Virus record (IMG/VR): IMGVR_UViG_3300024272_001997
Source: a virus
Lineage: Duplodnaviria; Heunggongvirae; Uroviricota; Caudoviricetes
Length of the DNA stretch: 64,000 bases
Direction: 5' to 3' (one strand)
Part shown: one piece after another, positions 1 through 11,130 of the stretch
How the letters are laid out: every line of letters begins with the position of its first letter
Numbering within the stretch: the stretch's first letter is position 1
The notes under the pieces: generated by a model
What the model was told of the DNA's origin: nothing
Seen by the model: the letters and a program-made list of their open reading frames with translations, nothing else
Databases searched by the model: none
Made by a program: the position numbers and the translations under genes

Positions 1-660
1 GAAGTTGGCACTTCTGTAATTCCTAAGTATACTTCTACTTTCACTCCTGGTAGTTATGAATTTGGCCCTGAAAGTACTGGCGTAACTGTTAGTAGTTATA
101 GTGTTGTTGATACCAATAACAATACTGCTAATACAGCTTCTGGCTCCATGCCAGAAATTACCATTACTGATGATACTAAGTATTCTGTAGCAATTACTGC
201 TACTTATACTGATGGTGTTAAAGCCTATAATAACTTACAGCAAGAAAGCGCAGAATATATCAAGGGTGGTTCCGTAACTAAGGCTACTAGTTCTATTATT
301 GGTTATCGCGCTTCTTTTGTTGGTGTTGATAATGGTACTGGAGCTATTGACTCTGCTGTAATTAGAGGTTTAGCTACTTCTTGGAATTATAATGCCGGTA
401 AGGTTATTACTGTTGACGCAGAAACTATTAATAATCCTACTCGTATTATTATTGCTATTCCTGCTTCTAATACTCGTAATGGTATTAAAGAAATTATTAT
501 GCCTGAATCTATGAATTATAATTGCACTGCTGACTATGTACAGCAAGATAATGTTATGGTTGAAGGTGCTAATGGTGCTACCGCTGCTGAGTATGAAGTT
601 TGGGTTTATGCTCCAAGTAAAATGGGTGTTGATGAAGTCCATAAAATTACTTTGAACTAA
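1..660 (+). CDS. 5'-truncated virion structural protein (Thr/Ser-rich, beta-rich)
   Basis: Frame is open from base 1 through the ATG at 148 to TAA at 660; same codon style as the downstream tail genes. Confidence 0.55.
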   Translation, partial: EVGTSVIPKYTSTFTPGSYEFGPESTGVTVSSYSVVDTNNNTANTASGSMPEITITDDTKYSVAITATYTDGVKAYNNLQQESAEYIKGGSVTKATSSIIGYRASFVGVDNGTGAIDSAVIRGLATSWNYNAGKVITVDAETINNPTRIIIAIPASNTRNGIKEIIMPESMNYNCTADYVQQDNVMVEGANGATAAEYEVWVYAPSKMGVDEVHKITLN

Positions 661-674
661 GGAGGAATTGAAGA

Positions 675-2096
675 ATGGCTGTAATTAGACAAGATTTTAA
701 TGTCATGTACTTGCCTGCTGCTATTCAGAGAAATAATCCAATTCCTCTGGATAGTACTGCCTTATGGTATGACTATGATTTGATGGCTGCTTATGCAGCT
801 AGTGATCCTACTGCCTATGTAGGTCAGATTTTAAGCTTGGTTGTTGATGATGTAGCTAATGCTTATATTATTACTAACTTAGCTGGAGATTTAGAAAAAG
901 TTGGCTCTGCTGTTGTTGCTGATAACAAAACTATTGTTTTGGATAATGGCGCAGTAGCTTTCAAAGATTTTGGTAAGCGTTATTATAAATATGACGCAGA
1001 AACCGAAGAATATACTTTACAGGAAGTTGATGAAAACCATCCTTGGATTGCTGGTCTAGAACCAAAAGTAACTAGTGAAGCCGGTCAATTGGTATTAGGT
1101 TGGTTTGAGCCAAATTCAACTACATTGGAAGGTGTAAATAGTTCTTTAAGCACTTTACAGACTTCTGTAAGTGATTTACAGGGTACTGTTGAGAGCTTGG
1201 GTATCCAGGTTTCTTTGAATGAGAAGGCTTTAGAGAATGTTTATACTAAAGAAGAGACCTTAGCTGAAATTGCTAAGGCTGGACATCTAGTATATAAAAA
1301 AGTTGATAGTTTAGATGACATTCAGGCGGATATTGATAATGAAGATGCTAATGTTTCTAATACTATTTACTTAGTTCCTGTTTTAGAAGGCTTAGTAAAT
1401 GACGTATATGATGAATATATGGTTATTGATGGTGGGATTGAAAGATTAGGTTCTTGGGAAGTTAATCTTGATAATTATGCCACCAAGGATGATCTTGATG
1501 GAAAAGTTGATAAAGTTGATGGCTATGGACTAATGTCTACAGCTCAGACTGCTAAATTAGCTACCATTGAAGAAGGCGCTCAAAAGAACGTTATCAATGA
1601 AGTTAGTGATGAGTTTGAAATTACTGATGGTAAGTTAAAACTTATCAGCTTACCTGATACTGCTAATATTGCAAATCATACAACTATTTTATCTTTACAG
1701 TCTGGTATTGACTCTAAAGTCACTATTGTCCCAGGCAAGAGCTTAGTTGATGATACTCTAATTGCAAAGTTAGAGGCAATGAATGCAGAGGGCGAGAAAA
1801 ATGTTATCAATGCGGTTGATGAAAATGAATTAGCAATTGATGAAAACCGCACTTTATCTATTGTTTCCGTAAGTGGTTCTAAGATTGCTGAATTGGATTT
1901 AAATGAAGATTTTAAGAATTTGTCTAATAATGTAGATAGTTTATCTACTGACTTAGCTGCTTTAAATGCTTCTTTACAATCTTTGGATACAACTTTAACT
2001 GCTTATAAGATTGAAGTTTCTCAAACTTATTTAACTAAGTCTGAGTTTGAGGATCGTTTTGCTTGGCATGAGTTATCTGACTTTGTCACTACTTAA
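675..2096 (+). CDS. Putative tail/whisker fibre protein
   Basis: 473 aa, GGAGG RBS; fibre-like motif NTIYLVP..DEYMVIDG..ERLG; coiled-coil stretches. Confidence 0.5.
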   Translation: MAVIRQDFNVMYLPAAIQRNNPIPLDSTALWYDYDLMAAYAASDPTAYVGQILSLVVDDVANAYIITNLAGDLEKVGSAVVADNKTIVLDNGAVAFKDFGKRYYKYDAETEEYTLQEVDENHPWIAGLEPKVTSEAGQLVLGWFEPNSTTLEGVNSSLSTLQTSVSDLQGTVESLGIQVSLNEKALENVYTKEETLAEIAKAGHLVYKKVDSLDDIQADIDNEDANVSNTIYLVPVLEGLVNDVYDEYMVIDGGIERLGSWEVNLDNYATKDDLDGKVDKVDGYGLMSTAQTAKLATIEEGAQKNVINEVSDEFEITDGKLKLISLPDTANIANHTTILSLQSGIDSKVTIVPGKSLVDDTLIAKLEAMNAEGEKNVINAVDENELAIDENRTLSIVSVSGSKIAELDLNEDFKNLSNNVDSLSTDLAALNASLQSLDTTLTAYKIEVSQTYLTKSEFEDRFAWHELSDFVTT

Positions 2097-2116
2097 TATA
2101 AGGAGGATTACTAATA

Positions 2117-4246
2117 ATGGCTGATGAAAAATTAAGTTTATTATTTAGAAGAGGTACAATCGACCAGATTTTAGCTGGCGATAATATTGTTCCTGGTGCC
2201 GTTTCTTTCTGTACTGATGAGCCTGGTATTTATCTAGATTTAACTACTGATGAAGGCGGCGGTGTTGCTAAGAGAGTCCGTGTCGGTGATTTCATCTCTG
2301 TTGCTAGCTTTGACGATATCAAGGCTGCTGCCGCAGCTGCTACAGATCCTGACAAAGCTTTCTCTGAGCATTGCTTATACTACTCTATCCAAGAGAATGC
2401 TTTGATGAAGTACAAGAAGAGCGAAAAGACTTTTGTACTTATCAATGATTTAAGTGATGTAAATGCTGATATTGCGGCCCTTGATGTTAGAATTACTACT
2501 AATGAGGGCTATATTAAGACCTTGCAAACTAATTTAGCTACTGAGACTACTCGTGCTACTAACGCTGAAGCCGCCCTAAGAAATCGTATTGATGCTTTAA
2601 CTGGCGGTGGAGATGGCTCTACTGATTCTTTAACCCAATTAAGAGCAGATTTAAATGCTGAAATTGAGGCTAGAGAAGATGGCGATGAGGCTTTACAAGG
2701 CAGTATTACCACTCTAAGTGGACGTGTTAGTACCAATGAGGGTGATATCTCTAACTTAAAGACTTTGTTTGGTCAATTACCAGATGGAGTTGCTACTAAC
2801 ATTGTTGATTATGTAAATGCTAAGGTTCTTGCAGAGCAGGAACGTGCAACTGGTATTGAAAATGGCTTACGTACCGATGTAGATAAGAATACTGGTAATA
2901 TCAGTACCTTAACAACTGGTTTGACTGATGAAGCTGCTCGTGCTAAGGCTGCTGAGCAAGCTAATGCGACTGCTGCTGCTAATGCTCAGTCTAAGGCTGA
3001 TGAAGCTGCCACAGCTGCCGCCAATGAAGCTTCTCGTGCTATTGGAGTTGAAGGCAAGTTAAGAACACTTATTACTAACCTAACTAATACTCACACTACT
3101 GATAAGAATGCTTTAGAGCAGTCTATTACTGGTTTAACTAGTAGCTTAGCTGCCACTACTGGTATTGCTAACGATGCTAAGACTCAGTCTGACACTAATA
3201 AAGCTGGTTTAGCTCAAGAATTGGTAGACCGTGCCACTGGCGATCAAGCTAATGCTGATGCTATTGAAGCCTTGGATGGCGAATTGGCCGAAGAAGTCGA
3301 AAGACTGGAAGGTTTGATTGGTGAGGCTGGCTCTAGTGCTGATGCTGTTCGGTTGAATTTGAATAAAGAAATTGCAGACCGTCAAGCAGCTGATCAGGCT
3401 AATGCTCAAGCTATCGCTAATGTCGATACTGCTTTAGAACAGGAAAAGACAGCTCGTACTAATGCCGATACTGAGTTAGACGGAAAGATTACTACTGTTT
3501 CTAATGGTTTGGCTGCAACTGATGGTAAAGTTTCTACTTTAGAAAATTGGAAGACAACTGCTTCAAAACAAATTAAAGATTTAGAGGATTGGGCAACTGA
3601 TACTGATGACACAATTCAGCAGGAAGCTCAAGCCCGTCAGACTGCTATCAATAATTTAAACAATGCTTTGACTTCTGAAACTGAGGCTCGTGAGAAGAGA
3701 GACGAAGAGTTAACTAATTTAATTAGTGCTGAAACCAAGGATCGTGAAGATGCTATTGCCGATGCTTTAACTCAGGCTGCTAATACTGCTGACGAAAAAG
3801 ACCAGGCTTTGCTAGATCTGATTAATGAGAATATGGCTGCCGCAAACTCCATGTCCTTCAAGGGTAGCGTAACCGGTTATGACAGCTTACCTGCTTCTGG
3901 AATCCAGGCTGGTGACACTTACGTTGTAACTACTGCTTTTAGTAACGCTGAAACTGAGCCTCAGATTGGTGACTTATTGGTTGCTAGAGATGATCAGGCA
4001 GACGGTGCTACTTTAGCTGATGCTAATGCTAAGAAGGATTTCTTCATCTGGGTTAAGACTGGTTATTCTACTTTCAATGATCCTGAATTGGTTGTTGAAG
4101 ATGCCAAGATCAAGATGAAGAGCCATTTAGGTGAAGTTTTAGGAACTGTTTCTGTTATTTCTGCTAGCGAGAATATTGTAACTAATATTTCTGGCGAAGG
4201 AAAAGACTGCACCGTAAATGTTAGCTTCGTATGGGGAACATTCTAA
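2117..4246 (+). CDS. Long coiled-coil tail fibre-like protein
   Basis: 709 aa; N-terminal LLFRRGT..PGAVSFCTD; repeated E..RA..AE / E..AR..AD heptad units. Confidence 0.55.
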   Translation: MADEKLSLLFRRGTIDQILAGDNIVPGAVSFCTDEPGIYLDLTTDEGGGVAKRVRVGDFISVASFDDIKAAAAAATDPDKAFSEHCLYYSIQENALMKYKKSEKTFVLINDLSDVNADIAALDVRITTNEGYIKTLQTNLATETTRATNAEAALRNRIDALTGGGDGSTDSLTQLRADLNAEIEAREDGDEALQGSITTLSGRVSTNEGDISNLKTLFGQLPDGVATNIVDYVNAKVLAEQERATGIENGLRTDVDKNTGNISTLTTGLTDEAARAKAAEQANATAAANAQSKADEAATAAANEASRAIGVEGKLRTLITNLTNTHTTDKNALEQSITGLTSSLAATTGIANDAKTQSDTNKAGLAQELVDRATGDQANADAIEALDGELAEEVERLEGLIGEAGSSADAVRLNLNKEIADRQAADQANAQAIANVDTALEQEKTARTNADTELDGKITTVSNGLAATDGKVSTLENWKTTASKQIKDLEDWATDTDDTIQQEAQARQTAINNLNNALTSETEAREKRDEELTNLISAETKDREDAIADALTQAANTADEKDQALLDLINENMAAANSMSFKGSVTGYDSLPASGIQAGDTYVVTTAFSNAETEPQIGDLLVARDDQADGATLADANAKKDFFIWVKTGYSTFNDPELVVEDAKIKMKSHLGEVLGTVSVISASENIVTNISGEGKDCTVNVSFVWGTF

Positions 4247-4307
4247 TTCGGACAGAAAAGGACAATAAATAAGTTGTTATTTTCAAATCCTTATGAAGGA
4301 TGATTAT

Positions 4308-4345
4308 ATGGAGAGGATAATATAATTATCCTCTCCATTTTTTTT
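4308..4345 (+). terminator. Rho-independent terminator
   Basis: ATGGAGAGGATAAT-ata-ATTATCCTCTCCAT followed by a T-run. Confidence 0.8.
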
Positions 4346-4371
4346 ATATTTGGATAGAAAGGAGAGCAACA

Positions 4372-7300
4372 ATGGTAGATCAAAAAAATGTTTTACAATC
4401 TATTGGCGCCCGTGAGACCGGCAATGTTTTTAGACCTGTAAATTGTACTGAGCAAGACATGAAGAGAAAACGTGCTATTCCAGGCTACTTATACTTCACA
4501 CAAGATTCTCATAAGATTTATCAAGGCTTAGGCTCTGGTGAATACCAGATGGTCGGCGGCAGTTCTAGTATTTTCTACGGCAAATATCCTATGACCGATG
4601 ATGAAAAATACGGAACTAATGTTTTCTTTACTTTCTCTATGACTGAACATATTGAAGGAGAAAATGTTCCTGCCTTAGATTCTTTGATTTTGAATATACC
4701 TGATGGCGGTTTTTACAGAGTATTAAATGTTGATGGTGACGCCATTGCTGTAGAAAGACTGGCTATGTCTGGCGGCGGTGGAGATAACACTGGTCCTGGC
4801 TCTAATCAAAAAGGTAATATTACTATTGAATATTACAATGGCGCTGACGTTGATACTAATATCACTATCTTAAATGGTGTTGAGCATTGGATTGAGTTTA
4901 CTATTACTGCAACTGATGAAGTTGGAGATATCTTAACTGAAACTGGTACCGCAAGTTGGGCTATTAATGGTAAGACTTATACTCAATCTGTAACTACTGG
5001 CTATAATAAATTCAGAGTTGATGAACTTTTACCCATGGCAAAAGATGGTAACTATACTCGTATTAACTTGATGGTCTATATGAATACTGGCGGTATCACT
5101 GATAACTATGCTAGTAAGCAATGGAATATCCAAAAAGTTGATTTGCGTTTAGAGTGGCCTTTCACTTATTCTGAAGATGAATATCGTAAAGATTCAACCT
5201 TTACTTTAGTATTCAAACCTTTTGGTGGTATTAATTGTACCGCTCATATTACTTTTGACAATGGTTCTACTCTAGGACAAGATTACTTCGAGGAAGATAT
5301 TCCTGCTAATCGCGCAAACGGTAATGAATTTACTACTCAAGCAATGAAGAGTCTGTCTTATGGTGAGCATACTTGTTCTATTTATTTGGATGCCACTATC
5401 AATGAAGATACTGGAAAGCCAATTACTGTTAGAACACAAGAAATTGTTCATAGAATCACTTTCACCGAAGGTGGTACTTCTACAATTTTAACCGTCCCAT
5501 TTGATCAAAAGACTGCTACTCAATATGACACTATTGAGATTCCATTCTTAGTTTATGACCCAGATACAACTGAATGTAGTGTTACTTTCTCTGTTAATGA
5601 TAACGTAATTTCTACTCGTAGCTACAACAGAGATAAGCAATCTATTCCTTACACAATTACCACTCATGGTACTATTAAGTTAGCTTTAGAGTCTACTAAT
5701 GGTGATACTAAGAGAGAATTCAATATCACTGTTGAACCTTTGGATTTGAACAGAGAAGAAGTTAGTGGTGCAGCTTTTAGCTTAAAAGCAATTAATTTCT
5801 CTGGTAATGATGAAGTTATTAACTGGGTTGGCGGTAGTGAAACTAAGCCTGTAAGATTGAACTTCTCTGATAATTTTGACTGGCGTAATGGCGGTCTAAA
5901 ATATGAAGTTCTTGCAGATGGAAGCATTGAAAAGTTTATCTGTGTGCGCCAGGGTACTTGGATGGAAATTGACTATAAGTTATTTGAAAATTTCAAAACT
6001 GGTACTACCGGTGGTAAGAACTTTAAGTTCTGCTTCAAGGCAGCCAACTGTTATGATTATGAAGCTCCAGTTTTAAGCTGTATCCATTATAATTATAACG
6101 AAATTGAATTGACTGAAGATACTTATAGAACTAATAAGTATTATATCCTTTCTGGCTCTGATTATATTATTTCTAGAAATCCATTTGATGAAACTGCTAC
6201 TTATTTTGAGAAAGTAAGAGTCGCTGAAATTGGTCTAGAATTTGATGCTCAGAAAGCAACTTTCTCTTCTGCTACTTATCCTAATTTCGCAACTCAGTAT
6301 TGTGAAAACTCTTATATTGAAGTTGAAACTGAAATTTGGCCCAATGTAGGAGATAGACAGCAAGGTAGTAAAACCGTTTATGGTGATCGCTACTTAATGA
6401 TTTGGGTTGATGGTGTTCCTGCAGGTGCTAAGCCTTACAGCCAAAACATGGCTTTACAGCAAAATGATGCTCAAACCATTCGCATTGGTTCTGATTCTTG
6501 TGACGTCTATGTATATACCGCAAAAGCATATGAACGTAGATTAACAAATGATGAACATTTAAATAACTTCGTTATGGATGCTCCTAGCGTTAATAAGATG
6601 CTAGAGCGCCATCGCCGCAATGATATTATTGACTCCAGTACCGGCGAAATTTCTTATGAGCTTTTGGTGCAGAAAAATCCTGGATGCCATGCTTATTTGT
6701 ATGATATTCCAGAATTAACTACTAATAAAGAAGATAAGATTGATGGCTGTACTTATTATGAGTTGATTAATGAATATGATAATTTAGGTAAGCCATTTAT
6801 GAGAGCAGATAAAGTTAGAACTTATGTTCAGGGCACTTCTTCTGCCGCTTATGGTGTTGCCGCATTTAACTTACGTTCTGATTTTACTAAAAAAGGTAAA
6901 ATTTATGATAAGAATGGTAATGAAATCCCTGGATGGAGACCTTCTGATGAAGATGAATATATTGACATTGCTTGTACTAAAGTTAATGTTGCTTCTTGTG
7001 AAAATGCCAATAACGTTGTAAACGCAGAATGGTATAACAGATTCCAGCCTTACTGGGATGCTCACAGAAGAAAAGGTACTCGTTATGACAGTGATGGTAA
7101 TTTATTATACAATCCTATGCGTGACTGTATGAAATTCCACTCTGGCGTTGTCTTCTTGAGAGACCACAATACACAATTCAAATATTTAGATGACAATGGA
7201 GATCCTAAGAGTGAAATCTATTTGGAGTCCAATGCATTTATCAACCCAACTAACCCTGATTGGGAAGCAAAATATGCCGCAGAACCTTATTTTAAGATGT

Positions 7301-10300
7301 ATTCTATCGGCAATATGGGTAATGATAAGAAGAATTTGAATGTTTTCCATGATACTACCAATCCACGTGCGGCCTGTGTCGAAGTTCTAGATAACCAGAA
7401 CGCAGAACACTGGATGACTATTTTCAATGAAAAAGCTTTTGAAAAAGAAGTTGTAGGTCAGGACGAAGAAGGTAAAGATATTACCAAGGGTCCATACTAT
7501 GAGTTCCGTTATGGTCTTGTAGAAAATGAAGACTTGTTAGAAAATGAGCAGGGCATTACCGTAGAACAACAAGAACAAGATTTCTTGAGACTGGCTGAAT
7601 GGTTCGCAATGAATGATCCAAGTCCATATGATGAGTTGTCTCACCCCAATGGATATACTGGTGAAGAATTGCCTGAACCTGTAACCTTTACTGATGATTT
7701 TGTGTTTGAAGGCTTCGATCCTCCTGGATACGAAGGCCAGCCAAATCCAACTGAAATTAGTCTAAAGGGTCAGAAAATTAGTCGTTACAAAGGTACTTAT
7801 ACCCACGACACTAAAGATTATCGTATCGCTAAAATGTTGTATGAATGTGAAGATTACTTGGTTATGGATTCTGTTGTATTCCATTATTTGTATATCTCTC
7901 GTCACACCATGGTTGATAACGTTGCTAAGAACACTTTCTGGAGCACCGAAGATGGATTCCACTGGGATCTAACTAAAAACTACGATAATGATACTTCTGA
8001 TGGTAATGATAATACTGGTAACTTGACTTATACATATGGTCTAGAAGTCGGTGATATTAACCCCAATGGTAAAGATGTTTTCAATGCTTCTCCTTCCGTA
8101 TGGTTGAATTTCATTCATGAATTAAGAGAGGCTCAGCAATATCTATTCCAGGAGTTGAGTAAGAAGGGTGCTTGGGATGCTGATGATTATCTAGCTGAAT
8201 TTAAGGCTCACCAAGATATTATTCCCGAAATTTGCTGGATTCAGGACTATGAAAGAAAATATATTCGTCCTAGACGCTTAGGTCTTGATGAAACTACTTT
8301 CTTAAGTCGTCTAGAGGGTGGTCGTAAGACTCACCAGAGAAAGCAATATGAAACTTATCAAGAGTTCTATCTGAACTCTAAATATGTTGCAAGTACTGCT
8401 TTCACAGACAGTGCTGGTATCGAATTCCGTTTCAATAAAGACGGTGATTTCGCATTGCAACCAACTGACGTTCTTCCCATGACTTTCTATATTGATTGTT
8501 ATGGCACTATCCACTTAGGTGGTCAGAAGAGAACTTCTACTCGTATTAAGAGAGGTAATTATTATAATGCCCCTGTCGGTGAATTGATTTCTGCCGCAAG
8601 CGATGCTACTTGCTATATTTATGGTGCAAGTATGATTCAAACAATTAAAGACTTGTATAAGTTGTATCCTGGTTATGCCAAGATGACTAATGCAAGTAAA
8701 TTGCGTGAATTTGAAATCGGTTCTGATATAGAAGGTTATTATAACCCTCGTTTGAGCGAAGTTAGCGTTGGTACTAACGCAATGTTACAAAAATTCCAGG
8801 CTAGAAATGTCGGTAACCCCGAGAATATTTCTATCCTAAGCTTAACTAACGCAACTCAGCTAGAAACTGTTCTAATGAGTGGTAGTGCTTTCAAAGAATT
8901 GTCTTTGGCTCCTAACGCAACTACCAAAGAACTTGAATTAAACCCATTAGCAATCTTCTCTGCAACAAATCTTCTTGATTTGGAAACTGTTAGATTGGAT
9001 GATGGAATTTATGATTCAATTCAGCAGGCTTACATTAATAACTGCCCTGGCTTAGATGTTTACACTTATCGCTTCGCAAAAGCTCCTTCTTTAACTAACT
9101 ATCAATTTACCGATGTAAATTGGGTTATTAATGATGAGACTGAAGATGATTTCGTCTTAGATGCCGATAATAATGTTGTAGCCTTTGCCGCTCTTGAAAA
9201 CTTAACTGATAATAATACTGGTCCTAGACTTGGTACTACTACTGTTACTGCTTTAAGCGGTACATTAACAGTTGATAAGGCTTGCGCTATTGATGAATAT
9301 AAGATTTACAAAACTTATGCAAAAACTTATCCAAACTTGATTTTCAAGTACACTGATAAAGTTGGTGCTAATTTCAACCCCGCAGTTGAATTAATTTTCT
9401 TAACCAATGAAAATTCTGAGGAACAATATTACAGAGTATTGGGTAGCGGTGATACCTCTGGAGAAAATGCTCACAGTATTGCTTATCTAACTTCCGCACA
9501 AGGTCCTTTAGGTTTTGCTATTGGTACTCCTCACAAGGAATCTACTTCTTCTCATGATTTTGCATTTACTGGCTATTGGATTCATAAAAAGGATAATGTA
9601 ATTACTAAGTATTACAATACAAAAGATTTGCCAGATGGAGCAGTTCCAGAAGCATCTGCAATCTCCTTTGAAGATATTACTCCAACTGAAAGTATGACAT
9701 TCTATCCAGAGTATATTACTACTGATAGAGAGTACAAAGTTCGCTTCTGCGACTGGGCTGGTAATATTATCTTACAGAATGGTGAAGAGTATTGGCCTGT
9801 TCCTTATGGTAAGACTTACGTCGAGGCCGCAGGTCCAATGACTAATTTCCACTATCGTGATAATACAGGTCTACAAGATCATATGAGATGGGCATTCCAA
9901 GGTTGGTCTAAGAACCAATACAAGGATAAGGAAATTAAGAATCCTGTTTATGAAGATTTGGCAACAATGGTAGTTACTAATGATGTGACTTTACATGGTC
10001 ACTATTTAACTGAAGACTGCCGTGATGTCGCTTCTAAATTGGAATATTTCAATTTCAGCGAGCGTGGTAAGATCTCAATCGCTGAGGAATATCGTGAAAC
10101 TTTACAAGGTAAAATTACTTTACCTAGTGAATATGATGGTATCCCTCTAACTCAGGTAAAAGACTTTAAGAATATGGCTCGTGTTACTCACGTATTCTTC
10201 TTGAGAACCAATACTTCTTATACAAGTATTTTCCAACAAGCCTTCGAAGGAGCTTTAGCTTTGCAATATGTTGATTTGCCTATTGGAATTACTCATATCG

Positions 10301-10842
10301 GAACATATGCTTTCAAGAGTATCAAGAGTTTAACTACTGTTGATATGAAATCTAATGTTGAAGAAATTGGTAGCCAGGCATTCTATGAAACCAACATTAA
10401 CTTAACTTCTTTACCTGCTAAACTAAAACTTCTAAAGTCTGGTGCATTCATGGATTGTCGTGAATTGACTTTGTCTGCTTTACCAGCTTCTTTAGAGACT
10501 ATCGAAAGCCACGTATTTTTCTTATGTCCTAAGATTAGTATTAATCAATTGGGTGGCGGTGACGCTAAATTGAGTTATATCGGTATGCAAGCTTTTGGCG
10601 GCGGTTCTGGCGCTAATGGCACTGTTACTGATATTTACTTCGGCTCAACGGTTAACTTCATTGGTGAAAACGCCTTCAAGGGATATGGTAAAAATGGTCG
10701 TGTAAGTACTATTAGCTTTGCTAAACAAAGTGTTGAAGATTATCTAATGACTGATACAGCCTACCATACTAGTATTTCTACTATGGGATTTGATAATCCT
10801 CCTTACACTGAAGTTTGGGATTGGAAAGGAGAAGGTTCTTAA
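4372..10842 (+). CDS. Giant tail-module protein: Ig-like/LamG-like N-terminus, CotH-like kinase domain, leucine-rich repeats, BspA-type LRR C-terminus
   Basis: 2156 aa. CotH-like motifs QGTSS, KVNVASCENANN, YSIGNMGNDKK, DNVAKN..W....YDNDT; C-terminal LP..IT.IG.YAF repeats. Confidence 0.65.
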   Translation: MVDQKNVLQSIGARETGNVFRPVNCTEQDMKRKRAIPGYLYFTQDSHKIYQGLGSGEYQMVGGSSSIFYGKYPMTDDEKYGTNVFFTFSMTEHIEGENVPALDSLILNIPDGGFYRVLNVDGDAIAVERLAMSGGGGDNTGPGSNQKGNITIEYYNGADVDTNITILNGVEHWIEFTITATDEVGDILTETGTASWAINGKTYTQSVTTGYNKFRVDELLPMAKDGNYTRINLMVYMNTGGITDNYASKQWNIQKVDLRLEWPFTYSEDEYRKDSTFTLVFKPFGGINCTAHITFDNGSTLGQDYFEEDIPANRANGNEFTTQAMKSLSYGEHTCSIYLDATINEDTGKPITVRTQEIVHRITFTEGGTSTILTVPFDQKTATQYDTIEIPFLVYDPDTTECSVTFSVNDNVISTRSYNRDKQSIPYTITTHGTIKLALESTNGDTKREFNITVEPLDLNREEVSGAAFSLKAINFSGNDEVINWVGGSETKPVRLNFSDNFDWRNGGLKYEVLADGSIEKFICVRQGTWMEIDYKLFENFKTGTTGGKNFKFCFKAANCYDYEAPVLSCIHYNYNEIELTEDTYRTNKYYILSGSDYIISRNPFDETATYFEKVRVAEIGLEFDAQKATFSSATYPNFATQYCENSYIEVETEIWPNVGDRQQGSKTVYGDRYLMIWVDGVPAGAKPYSQNMALQQNDAQTIRIGSDSCDVYVYTAKAYERRLTNDEHLNNFVMDAPSVNKMLERHRRNDIIDSSTGEISYELLVQKNPGCHAYLYDIPELTTNKEDKIDGCTYYELINEYDNLGKPFMRADKVRTYVQGTSSAAYGVAAFNLRSDFTKKGKIYDKNGNEIPGWRPSDEDEYIDIACTKVNVASCENANNVVNAEWYNRFQPYWDAHRRKGTRYDSDGNLLYNPMRDCMKFHSGVVFLRDHNTQFKYLDDNGDPKSEIYLESNAFINPTNPDWEAKYAAEPYFKMYSIGNMGNDKKNLNVFHDTTNPRAACVEVLDNQNAEHWMTIFNEKAFEKEVVGQDEEGKDITKGPYYEFRYGLVENEDLLENEQGITVEQQEQDFLRLAEWFAMNDPSPYDELSHPNGYTGEELPEPVTFTDDFVFEGFDPPGYEGQPNPTEISLKGQKISRYKGTYTHDTKDYRIAKMLYECEDYLVMDSVVFHYLYISRHTMVDNVAKNTFWSTEDGFHWDLTKNYDNDTSDGNDNTGNLTYTYGLEVGDINPNGKDVFNASPSVWLNFIHELREAQQYLFQELSKKGAWDADDYLAEFKAHQDIIPEICWIQDYERKYIRPRRLGLDETTFLSRLEGGRKTHQRKQYETYQEFYLNSKYVASTAFTDSAGIEFRFNKDGDFALQPTDVLPMTFYIDCYGTIHLGGQKRTSTRIKRGNYYNAPVGELISAASDATCYIYGASMIQTIKDLYKLYPGYAKMTNASKLREFEIGSDIEGYYNPRLSEVSVGTNAMLQKFQARNVGNPENISILSLTNATQLETVLMSGSAFKELSLAPNATTKELELNPLAIFSATNLLDLETVRLDDGIYDSIQQAYINNCPGLDVYTYRFAKAPSLTNYQFTDVNWVINDETEDDFVLDADNNVVAFAALENLTDNNTGPRLGTTTVTALSGTLTVDKACAIDEYKIYKTYAKTYPNLIFKYTDKVGANFNPAVELIFLTNENSEEQYYRVLGSGDTSGENAHSIAYLTSAQGPLGFAIGTPHKESTSSHDFAFTGYWIHKKDNVITKYYNTKDLPDGAVPEASAISFEDITPTESMTFYPEYITTDREYKVRFCDWAGNIILQNGEEYWPVPYGKTYVEAAGPMTNFHYRDNTGLQDHMRWAFQGWSKNQYKDKEIKNPVYEDLATMVVTNDVTLHGHYLTEDCRDVASKLEYFNFSERGKISIAEEYRETLQGKITLPSEYDGIPLTQVKDFKNMARVTHVFFLRTNTSYTSIFQQAFEGALALQYVDLPIGITHIGTYAFKSIKSLTTVDMKSNVEEIGSQAFYETNINLTSLPAKLKLLKSGAFMDCRELTLSALPASLETIESHVFFLCPKISINQLGGGDAKLSYIGMQAFGGGSGANGTVTDIYFGSTVNFIGENAFKGYGKNGRVSTISFAKQSVEDYLMTDTAYHTSISTMGFDNPPYTEVWDWKGEGS

Positions 10843-11054
10843 TGACTAAAGATAGAAAATACAGATACCTTGGCCGCAATGGTATTTTAGATACTAAGGT
10901 CCTTCTAGATGGTATCAATCATATCAATATCGTAACTATCAATGCTGATCCCGGCAAGATTTTAACTAATGGTGAGCGTACTCAGTACAGCGTCACTGTT
11001 GAAGAGGCCGAGGAACATAAGTGGAGAGAAATTACGGACAATACCAAAAAATAA
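10842..11054 (+). CDS. Small tail-associated protein (ADxGKxLTNG..W.EI type)
   Basis: ATG overlaps the upstream TAA (TAATG); 70 aa. Confidence 0.6.
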   Translation: MTKDRKYRYLGRNGILDTKVLLDGINHINIVTINADPGKILTNGERTQYSVTVEEAEEHKWREITDNTKK

Positions 11055-11071
11055 GGTTATTTGATTTTTCA

Positions 11072-11103
11072 GTTCTAGGGAAGGGAAATTCCTTCCCTAG
11101 AAC
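11072..11103. other. Perfect 13-bp inverted repeat without U-tract
   Basis: GTTCTAGGGAAGG-gaaatt-CCTTCCCTAGAAC. Confidence 0.7.
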
Positions 11104-11130
11104 AATATTATAAAGAAAGGAAGATATAAC

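Noticed and set aside
148-150. ATG at 148 as the gene start
   Set aside because: The frame is open back to base 1 with the same composition and no RBS, so the gene starts before the window.
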